A stretch of DNA of 64,000 nucleotides from Saccostrea cucullata (Eukaryota), in the NCBI RefSeq assembly GCF_032062105.1, contig NW_026920225.1:62001-126000 (forward strand). Reading direction: 5' to 3'. Below the pieces are notes generated by a model. The model did not search any database. It saw only the letters and a list, made by a program, of their open reading frames with translations, and was not told the origin of the DNA. Every line of letters starts with the position of its first letter. Within the stretch, counting starts at the first letter, position 1. Both the position numbers and the translations under genes were made by a program. Positions 1 through 10,900 of this stretch are shown here, in pieces.

Positions 1-1670
1 AATAAATTTTGACAGATGTGTTTGTATAAGAAATGAAAAGAATTATATCCAGTCTATTTGAATAAAGAATAATTTATAGCAGTAAATGAAGACATGAATT
101 GAAGAAACTCTGTGTCTCATTTGACCTACAAACATGAAGGTCATTGACACTTAAGTTATATGTAATGCGTGCTACATGTATACACAGAAAGCATCGTTTC
201 CAGAGCATTTGATATTATTAATTGTTAGTCGATCTCGTATTTTTTGTAATCTCAGCTTTGCTTAAGACTTTCAGCAATTAATAAAAATGTAAATATGATG
301 TTTTTAAATGAATTTTAGTCATTGTTCTTTGATGAACTACACAACTCTTTGTAAACAACTTCTTAAAAGTAATTTGGTAATAATAATATGTACATGTATT
401 ATTGTTTTTTGTAAGGTTTTAGTGATGATTTGATGAACTGTTAAGTATTAATTTCAAAGCACACATGATTTGATATAGAATAATTTGTTGGTTTAATGTC
501 AAGGGAAAAAATGAAATAAAATCCTAATTCTTTTGAATAGTTTTACAATTTATCATGTTGATTTAATGACAAGACAAGATATGAAATAAAATACTAATTT
601 TTAAAAATAGTTTTATAATTTATCAAAAATTGAGGAAAAGAAAAGATATCTATTTTGGTGACTTTATCAGACTATTCATGTCTTCTGTATCGCCTTGTAG
701 GTAACAATTGTTTACAGATTTTTTGAGATCAATCACTGTTCATTTTCTTCCAGCTTTTTTCAATGAGATAAAATTCTGACATTCTTTACTTGTCACCCTA
801 TTATTGTCTTATATTTGTAATAAATTTTGACAGATGTGTTTGTAAAAGATGAAAAATTATTAGTCTATTGGAAAAAAAATAATATTATAGCATTAAATGA
901 AGTCATGAATTGAAGAAACTTGTGTCTCATTTGACCTACAAACGTGAAGGTCATTGACACCCCATGTTCAATGTGACTTGATTATTCCCACTTACTGACA
1001 GTTAAATAAGTATCCTAGTATTGGGAATATATACTTATAATTTGATTGTGTTTAGCATTTCCATATTTCTCATGTCATACAAACAGGGTGGGCATTTAAA
1101 TTGATTGAACTGTAAGTTTTCACAATAAATTTCCCACGATTTTGTGATGAAATTTGTTCGTACACCTTGCATCATAAACATTAACGTGAGAATTCCTAAG
1201 ATGTGAATTGTGTATTGCCTGTATATATACTCAGGTGTTTATTTAATATACATATACAGATTTTAATGAAATTTGATGGACTGTTAAGTACCTGCAACAT
1301 TTGAGAGAACAGACTAAGAAATAGGGGTGGAGAGGAAAGAGAGATGGAAAAACATACTGAGTTTATTTTAATTCGTTGAATAGGCAGTTATCATCATGCA
1401 TTATTTCATTTGATTTAAGGAAGAAAAAAATTGACATGTCTAGGTAGATTGTATATATGCATAGATATATGTGCAACACACTATATTTATTTTGTGATAA
1501 AAAAATTTGTGAACAAAAATAGATAAAAGGATCTAGCTAGCAAAAGTACTGTGGCGATAACGAAAAAGAAAACTGCTGTATTTATTTGAATTGAGAAAAA
1601 GAAAAGATATCTATTTTTTGTAACCTTATCATGTCTTTATGTCTTCTGTCTTCCTTGTCCAGGTAACGAT
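1..1670. repeat. Old local tandem duplication (~0.8-0.95 kb period) in a FERM intron
   Basis: 1-150 matches ~819-960 (AATTTTGACAGATGTGTTTGTA...TTTGACCTACAAAC.TGAAGGTCATTGACAC). 636-706 matches ~1597-1668. 417-448 matches ~1262-1290. Confidence 0.8.
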
Positions 1671-3068
1671 TATTGATTTGGGTGACATACCTGTACATTT
1701 ACTTGTGTCAGATGTACCTTTAAATCTTGACTGATTGGGGTCTAGGTATGCACGTATTGCAAGCATCGATCACACTATTGATTTTTTTGTAAAAATGAGT
1801 AAAATTAGCCTTGGAAAAAAGTGCTGGAAGAAAAATTGTATGTCATGTACAGTGTAAACAAATCAAAAATGAAATATGTACACAAACCTCATTAAGTACT
1901 GGTAAACATTATTATTTGAGCATTTTGGATTTTTGTTCTTTTTCCTATTTATGGTTTATTGTTATGCTTTACTGGTAAAAACTGGAGCATTCTTTTTTTG
2001 AATAGTTACTTATAATTTGTTTGTGTGCATCATTTCCATATTTTGTGTGTGTTACAAGCATGTATTCATTTTTCTGAGCAATTGCATTATGAGTATAATG
2101 ATTATGATGGGAAGAAAAACTAATTTATCATTTATGAGGAATTTCTTTTTGATTTAGAATAACAATGCATCTTTTCAAACATGTTGCAGGGTTTATTAGT
2201 ATTATGATTTCCCAGTGGGGATAATGATATTTATTATAAGTGTTGACATATCTACCAAGATTTGATATGAAGACATGTTATCACAAAGTTGTTCCCCATG
2301 AGTAAACAATTTTCCGAGACCCAGGAATAGACATAATCAGTGTCCCCCCTTGTCTTGGGGAGGCTCGAATCGTTCCTGATGATAAGCCTCTTACCTGTGT
2401 TTTTACCTGTGTAAAGGTGTCAGCTAACTGACAGACACTCAGGTAGTAGCATATTTATACGGCTCCGGACTCACAGGTAAATACTACCCTCTCAAAACAC
2501 TGATTAATATATAGACAGGTGTATATGTATTAAGGTAGACAGGCATGTATAAGTAGAATATATGTGTATTGGCAATTTTTTCTAGACAAACAATAATTCA
2601 TTTCCACTGGCCTGCCTTTATGAATGAGTAAGAACATGTAAGACAATGTCATTACATATATATTTGTACTTTTACATTTGGAACAATTGTAGTAAGATGA
2701 TATTTAAAATGTTACAGTAATATATATCTTTGCCATCAATAAGTGCACACAATCCTCATATTCCTAGTAACTGCCTTTTTATCTTGTATATAAGTTAGAA
2801 TTATTTCCTTTGACATTTGTTTCTAATCCTTTTATGTATTGTACATCTACTTGATCATGTTGATGAATTGTATGCAGATCAGAACTTAAAAGCGAGGTCA
2901 TCGGTATTTTCTTGCCGTGTAAATTCTGCTCTTGTGAAAAAATCGATAGTGAAAAAATAATAACATTGAAAATCCAATCAATTTTTAAAGCAGTATGCTT
3001 GAAATATTTACATTATTGTATTTTCCTCCTCTATAATCAAATTTAATTATTATCCCAATGTTTTGTAG

Positions 3069-6000
3069 GAATGGTTAAATGTAGAAAAGAAGATATCCAA
3101 GCAAATGAAAGGTAAATGTCATCAAGAGTTATTCCCCTTTAGTTCTTCAGCTTGCATTGGATTTTATAATATATTGATTCATATATGAAAAGAAGTGCAT
3201 GTCAACACCAAGAAAAAAATACATTTTACAGGCATGCATCTTTTATTCTTGTTTAATTAGAAAATAATAGTTGAGCATCTTCAAGGTATGAGGCTTGAAA
3301 GTGTTAAAAATAGTCATGGCTTTCATTGCACTAGTATTTATTCCAGAAAAGCTACATTTCATATATTTATACATGTTATACATATGTATATATATTTCAG
3401 GCTTGGCATGGGAGTTTAAGTTTGAGGTTAAGTTTTACCCCCCAGACCCTCAGACTCTGCATGAAGACTTAACTAGGTGGGTGTTTGAGGTTTCTATCAG
3501 TAAGGACATTGGAAATTAGTTGTTTATGTTGGGGCTTGCTGAAATCTTATACATTTCTTACAGTTTCAAGTTACTAATAACAGTTCTCTTTTTTTTTTTT
3601 TTTTTTTTTTTTTGTAGATACCAACTATGTCTGCAGATAAGAAATGATATTGTCAATGAAAAGTAAGTAAAAGAACACGGTTCACTTTTGCCTTATTTGG
3701 CCCTGTGAATTTCTGAAAAACTGAAACTGCATAGTTTTAGTTAATAATGCATTAAATATCACTTAGATCTTTGGTGACTGCGTATCTATCAAAATGACGT
3801 CATTTTCTGGCCAGTCAATGCATTATGACGTCACGAAATGCCTCGATTTCCTCATATTCTGAAAAAGTCTACAAAAACGGCCAATTTTTAAAGCTATTTT
3901 TAGCTCACCTCAACGAAGTTGGGGGAGCTTATGTAATACCCTCGGCGTCGGTGTCGGCTTCGGTGTCGGTGTCGGCGTCGGCGTCGGCGTCCCGGGTTAA
4001 GGTTTAGTTTTTTGGAGCAGTTTTCTTTTTAAGTACTTCTATGTCCTATATTGATTAGACATGCATGGAAGATGGTTCTAGTGTGTTTCATTGTACCAGT
4101 CAAAGTTTCAGATGCTGCAATTTTAGCACTATGACCAGGTTAATGTTTTTGGAGCAGGTTAACATTTTTGGTGCAGTTTTTGGTGTAGGTTTCATTTCCA
4201 AGTAACTATAAGCCCTATGTTAACCAAACTTGCATGGATGATACATCTAAGGATGCATAACCGGGCTTGCTTCGGATGCTGAATCTGACCTACTTTTTCC
4301 GGTTGAGTGAACAGGTTAAAGTTTTTTGGTGTAGGTTTCATTTCCAAGTATCTGTAAGTTCTATGTTGACCAAACTTGCATGGATGATACATCTAAGGAT
4401 GGATACAACCAGGCTTGCTTCGGATGCTGAATCTGACCTACATTTTCCATTTGAGTGAACAGGTTAAAGTTTTTGGTGCAGGTTTCATTTCTAAGTATCT
4501 GTAAGTCCTATGTTGACCAAACTTGCATGGATGATACATCTAAGGATGGATACTACCAGGCTTGCTTCGGATGCTGAATCTGACCTACATTTTCCGGTTG
4601 AGTGAACAGGTTAAAGTTTTTGGTGCAGGTTTCATTTCCAAGTAACTATAAGCCCTATGTTGACCAAACTTGCGTGGATGATACATCTAAGGATGGATAC
4701 TGCCGGGCTTGCTTCGGATGCTGAATCTGACCTACATTTTCCAGTTGAGTGAACAAATAAAAGTTTTTGGTGCAGGTTTCATTTCCAAGTAACTATGAGT
4801 TCTTTAATGACCAATCTTGCATGGATGATACATCTTAGGATGCATACTACCAGGCTTGCTTCGGATGCTGAATCTGACCTACATTTTGTGGATGAGTGAA
4901 AATGTTAGTTTTTGATGTATGTTTCATTTCCAATTAACTATGAGCCTTATAATGTGCAAACTTGCATGGACGATACATCTTAGGATGCACACTAATGGAC
5001 TTGCTTCGGATGCTGAATTCGACATATATATTTTTCAGATAATAGACCAGGTTAAAGTTATGGTTGCAGGTCTATTACCAAAAAACTTTAAGGCTTTTAT
5101 AACATTGTATAAACCAAACTTGCACAAATGTTGCATCAAGAGATGAAAACTCAAATTTGCTTTAGATGCTGAATTACATTTTCATGAAGAAGAACTACTT
5201 TAATTTTTTTATGTTGGTCTACTTCAAAGTATCAGATCAAAATTGCTTAGATATTTTCATTTTTTGGAATGTACATTTTTTGTTGGTTAATTGTGTGACT
5301 TTGCCTTATTTAAAGACAACATTTGTTGAGGTGAGCTCTGTAATCTCTGATTACCTATGTTTTGATATTTGATATAGAGCGCAACCTCTGATCTAAAATA
5401 TACAACTAGTAAATGATAGAGCTGTTTCTGAGGATTAATGGACATGTTTTATTTTTAAGATCAGAGAGTGCGCTCATATTATTTTTCTTTACTGAAAGTA
5501 CTCAATTAACCTGTTTGCCTAAAAATTCAAGAACATAGCAGTTTCATAAAGCCAGTTCTCCTAGACCTGGACTTTTAGAAGATTTTTTTTAATAGGATAT
5601 GAAAGCACCAAGTCTCTACTTTATTTTAATGCTTCAAAATAATAGAAAATCAAGTGTTGATCAATTTATTGGTATATCTACAGGGCCATTTTATGAATAA
5701 AGTGAACCGACTTCTTTTTAAAATATACTGCTATTTAGTAATTATTTGAAGTTTGTTTCATTTCTAACTTTGGAAGTAACAGGAAAGTGACTGCCCTCTC
5801 TGTTACAAAATCTATAGAGCATTCTCTGACTGAATTCCAAGGGTGAAATCTGGAGTAAAATATACACATGATATTCGTTTTCAGATTGCCTTGCTCAGCT
5901 GTAACCTATGCTCTTCTGGGATCCTACACAGTCCAATCGGAGCTGGGAGATTTCGACATCGATGAATTCGGTCCGGGAACAGAATATATCAGGAAGATGA

Positions 6001-7649
6001 GATTTGCTCCACATCAAGATAGAGAACTGCTGAAAAAAATAGCAGAGCTTCATAAAACTCACAGGTACTAGGATTTTTAGAGTTACACAAAACTCACAGG
6101 TAATAGGACTGTAAGAAATACAATGGGACAAAAAAAGGTGACATTAAGGTTCACTGACCCTCTGATAAGAGAGATAACTCTTACTAAGCTAGATGTAAAT
6201 AAATATTTAAAAAAGAATTCTGTCATCTTTCACCCAGAGAGGTATTCTGAACTTTGGGGCATATTTAAATCAATGTTAGTGTAAAAGCAAATTTTTTAAG
6301 AGTAAACAGAGAAGTCAGTAAGCTGGTTCATGTTCTCTATTTTATCATTCTTTACTTGCAGGGGACAAACCCCAGAGGAAGCAGAACTGCATTTCCTGGA
6401 AAATGCCAAGAAACTGGCAATGTATGGAGTTGATCTCAGTAATGCAAAGGTACTACAGGAGTTGTTTTGAAAAATGATGATTTGTTGAATGTTGATACAG
6501 TCAATTACAGTGTTGTGTAAAAGGAAATAGTCAGGAGAGTCCCCTTTAGTGGGATATACCCTATATTATTATTTTTGGATGTTGCTATTTTTGGCTATTA
6601 CTATTTTTGCAGGAAGATGAGGGGGTGGACCTTCAACTAGGAGTGTTCCCCCTTAGTGGGGTATACCCTATATTACTATATTTGGCTGTTACTATTTTTG
6701 TAGGATGGTGAGGGAGTAGACATTCAGTTAGGGGTGTGTTGGAGTGGTATTCTTGTCTTCAGAGAAAAACTACAGATCAACAAATTTGTGTGGCCAAAGA
6801 TTCTCAAAATGTCCTACAGAAGAAAAAAGTTCTACATCAAGCTAAGAACAGGGGAGGTAAGATTTCTGTCTTTCTCTGAGAAATTTTGTACATCCCAAAC
6901 CTTTGGCAAACTTTACGGTAATTCAGATAAATTCAGTAAATTCAGAATTTTTTTCGTCTGAGGATTATCATTCAACTTCTTCACTCAGTATCTTTAAATA
7001 AAGTTGGACTTATCTTTTGTAGTTTGAAGAGTTCCAGAGTTTGATAGGTTTCAAATTTTTATCAAGTAAACATTCCAAACGTATGTGGAAGATCTGTGTA
7101 GAAAACCATGCCTTCTTCAGGTAAGTCATTTAACCACATATCCCCCTTCCTCACCCTTATCCTCCCAAAAAGGTACAGCTGAACTTTGGGATGTTGAACA
7201 CAATATCTCAATTACCATGGATATGTTGAAGTGATTTTTGAAGTCCCAACTATATATTCTTTAAGTATTTTCCTTTCATATCAAAGCCTTGGATTTCTTG
7301 AAGTTTAATCTTGGTCTGGTCAAGTTTGAGATAATGAAATTTGACATGTAATTATATTGTGACTGTAATCAGTACACTAGTGTGTGACACATGTTTCACC
7401 AAAATGACAAAGTGGACTCTGAAGTCACAATGTCCTTGTTATAATTTTACAGAAACAGAGAGCCTGACTCTCCAGGAACACAGAGAGGATTCCTAAAACT
7501 GGGATCCAAGTTCCGTTACTCCGGGAGAACTCACTTCCAGACCAAGCAGGCTATGCTGGGGGTAGACCGCCCCTCTCCATTCTTTGATCGTGTCCACAGC
7601 AAACGGGCCACGTATCATGGCAGGACCAAAAACAAGGATCTAGCAGATG
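3069..7649 (+). CDS. Band 4.1/coracle-family FERM protein: FERM and FERM-adjacent (FA) exons; 5' exons lie upstream of the window
   Basis: AG/GT-bounded, phase-consistent exons 3069-3111, 3401-3476, 3618-3662, 5885-6064, 6362-6449, 6704-6856, 7023-7120, 7453-7649. They translate to [51 protein letters not shown]...[22 protein letters not shown]...[15 protein letters not shown]...[12 protein letters not shown]...WPKILKMSY...[12 protein letters not shown]...[11 protein letters not shown], the protein 4.1 FERM+FA signature. Confidence 0.96.
3673..5714. mobile_element. Non-autonomous TIR element flanked by AAA|TTT, related to the 18.4-24 kb transposon, with a nested HINE
   Basis: Left end aaa|GAACACGGTTCACTTTTGCCTTATTTGGCCCTGT. 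Right end reverse complement aaa|GAAGTCGGTTCACTTTATTCATAAAATGGCCCTGT. No direct target duplication. Confidence 0.75.
3902..5360 (+). mobile_element. Helentron-associated interspersed element (HINE) with a 147-bp tandem array
   Basis: T-run then AGCTCACCTCAAC, with inverted GTTGAGGTGAGCT at ~5325-5337. (GTCGGC/T)n microsatellite at 3943-3990. About 6 units of 145-147 bp (anchors 4201, 4346, 4493, 4640, 4787, ~4933). 3' hairpin GTAATC-TCT-GATTAC. Confidence 0.85.
7174..7350. mobile_element. Degenerate Tc1/mariner (pogo/Tigger-like) MITE
   Basis: TA-CAG...TG-TA ends; internal layout resembles the 43424-43598 MITE. Confidence 0.45.
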
Positions 7650-7924
7650 GTAATTCACCACGATCCGTATTGTCATCTTTGTCTTTTTTTTTTTGTTTCA
7701 TACATTTCCGTCTTTTTTTTTTGTTTTAAGATGACCTAATTTCATGGTTGAGATTTCATATGACAAGTCATGGGTTATATTGTAGACATACAAACCTTTA
7801 AAATGATAAATTCACATAACTTGGTTGTTTCTTTCTCTGTAATTAAATAATTTGATCAAGAACTTTATTGTCTCTTAAGTTGTGTTAAGAACTGTAATGT
7901 CTGTTCATATTTTCTCTTCTCTAG

Positions 7925-10900
7925 AAATGTACAAACCTCGACCGGAGCCTAGGCACATCCCGGAGTATAACCGAGAAGAGAAGATGATGAGGAAGGTTCC
8001 AGAGCCTGAGATCAATGACAAAGAAGACAGGGAAGATGTGTTTGAAGATGAGGAGGAGGAGGAAGAGGAGCCAGACAACAGGAAGAGTCGGATGGAGAAG
8101 ATGCACGCCGTCCCGACCCCGCTGGCGCAGGTCATGATGAAGAAGGAACAAGTGGAAAACAACAACCAGGAAAATAACCGCCGGAGAAGGTCATTCGAGG
8201 AGGAAATGTCCGACAGACCTCTGGATGATAGCATGGTACGTACAGACAGACTTAATAATCATAACCTAGTATATAGACATGCTTCTACTAATTCAGGGAA
8301 ATACTTGGACACTAATCAGAATCACACAAACGTTTCACTTAGTCCGGTTTTATCATTAACCAAGACAACTATGAAAAGACAGAGAGGGCGCCAGCGAACA
8401 GGAAGTGAGAGTTTTAAGAAAGTTTCTTTCGATGAGGAGAGCCTCAGAAGTGCTAGCTCTCAGTTCAGTAGGAGTGATAGTGAACTGTTTCCTCAGAAGT
8501 TATCTCTGCCCCCTAAAACGAGGTACCAGAAAAAGAGAACAGGCAGCCAATCCAGTGTTGAGAGTCCCCTAGCCATCAGGTCAACCATGACAGCATCTCC
8601 CAGTGTGGAAAGTCCATTAGAGTTCAGGTCAACCGTGACAGCGTCTCCCAGTGTGGATTGTCCAGTGGCTGTCAGGTCAACTGTGACAACATTTCACAGG
8701 AATCTTCACCCAAGGAAACTGGATTTCAAACGACATTCAGTGGATAAAGATTTGAATTCTAGTATTGATGAAGGATATTCTGACACTTTTGAAAGAAAAA
8801 TTTCAGAGAGAAGTTATGGAAAAAATACTAGCTATACAAATTCTTCTAAATCTGATTCTTTTGATGGTTCCAGACATATAAATGAAACAAAAGAAACAAA
8901 CAGAGCTCATAGAAATAAGTCTCATCTGATAGACACTACACTAGGTGGGAGTCTGTACAGATACAGCTCATCAGACTCTGAGGACTTCAGTAGTCCAGTG
9001 AAAGTGGAGGAGGAAAAAGTGACATCTAAGTCAAAAGATGTAAGGCAAGTAGGTAGGAGAGGAAGGCAAAAAGAACAGCCTGTCATGAACAAGGAGCCAG
9101 TGCCTGTTAGAAGGGAGAGTTCTGATTTTGTTATCAAAAACTTAGAATCAGAACCAGGAGGTGGGTTTAGAAGGAGAGAATCTGGTCCAGGAAATCTCAG
9201 CAAGAACTACAGGATAGCTCCCTCAGAGAAGTCCATAGAAAGAAGGGATTTCTCCAAACAGGATGGCTCAAATGTCACAGACACATACAACTACATAAAC
9301 AATGAAGCCATTTTGTTAGAAAAGTACATTATAAGAAAGCCAGAGTCTGAATCTTCCAGCAGTCCTAGAGAACAGAACCTGCTGGATGATAGCATCCTTG
9401 TCTCCAACCTGAGAGGCACCCCAGAGGAGGTCGCTCTACAAGGCAGTATTGAGTACTGTGGGTTTGCAGCAGGACCAAGGTCTACCTCCTCAGTGGATGA
9501 TATCCTGGACAAAGGAGAACAAAATGATGAACAACACACTTCTCACATCAATCATCAAATATCAAAGGAGGAAATCTCAGAATTAGAGCCTTCTAAAGCA
9601 GTTCTAGCTGAAGATGAAATAGAAAATGATGAGAGGCATGAAACTAACGGTAGAAACATGAATGATGCTTTAACAAACAGCACAGCATCTATCTTGTCTT
9701 TATCATCAGAAGAAGGAAGTGTTACTGTGAATGATTTTATCCAAAGTTATGACCATGAACCCTGTGTTCGAAGGGCAAGGTCAATGACTCTAGGTCAGGA
9801 GGAAAGAGAACCTGTTGACACCCCATCCTTTGAGAACAAGAAAGTGAGATTTTGCAGTGAGGATAACCTTGTGTATGAAGTGAGATATGGATTTTCTGAT
9901 GAGGAAAAGCCTCCTGAATCACCAGAGAAACTCAACTTAAACTTCATTGATGACAGTCTGTCTGATGATCAGCTCTCAGATTCCGAGTCTTCACCAAACA
10001 CTCCCTCCCTGTCTCGATATTTCAATGACTCCTCAGGGTCGTCTAGCTCCTGTACTCCTGATACCTCTCCAAGGTTGGAAACCACATCTGCAGTGGCAGG
10101 CACTTCTCATAGGACACTCCTACAGAAGAGTCTTCAGAAACCAGCAAACAGAAAGATCATGACAGATGGAGGAACCTTGGAAAATGATGAGAGAGCTGAG
10201 GAGATGGAGTTACTGAAGAAAAATGATCTTTTTGAGGATGCTAATGTAATGAAAGAGTTTTCGAATGAGAGTATTGAAATGGAAGAAGACTTTAATTCCA
10301 AGAATCAAACAATACCTCAATCATTATTAAACAATGAATTAATGACAAGTGAACAGCAGTTATTTTCTCTGAGTGAAAATGACATGGAAAATGTAAAGAT
10401 TAGTGAGATGGAAAGCAAGACAGATTTTGATGAGGAACAAAAGATACACCATGATGAACTTGATGCATTTACTCCACTTCAGTCTGGGAAGAAGAGTGAT
10501 ATAAAGGCAGCAGGGAATATTTGCAGAAATTTATTCAAGGACGATGGAAAACTGAAAGAAGTGTCCAATGCATCAGATGCTACTGCAGCAGATCTTTTAT
10601 CCAGCAAAGAGATACCTCAAAATAGTTTAGATGAAACAATTCAACAGAAGAATATTGAATTTAAAATGCAGTCTTTGTCCATGAACAGTGATGAAGACAT
10701 ACGAGGCAAGAATTTCAAAGTGAAACATCCCAAGGAAGACTTTGAAGTCAGAGAAGGAGTTGTCTCTGGACATGAAGAGCTTCTTCCTGTCATGTCATCA
10801 CTTTCTGCTTGTGGTCAGATACCAGCTGTAGATGAACACTTTAATTCAGTCACCTATCCTGCCCCATTACCCTCATCCACTTTTGTTGTTAGTTCTACTT

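Noticed and set aside
4192-5146. ORFs of 63-75 aa
   Set aside because: Chance frames in the 147-bp satellite.
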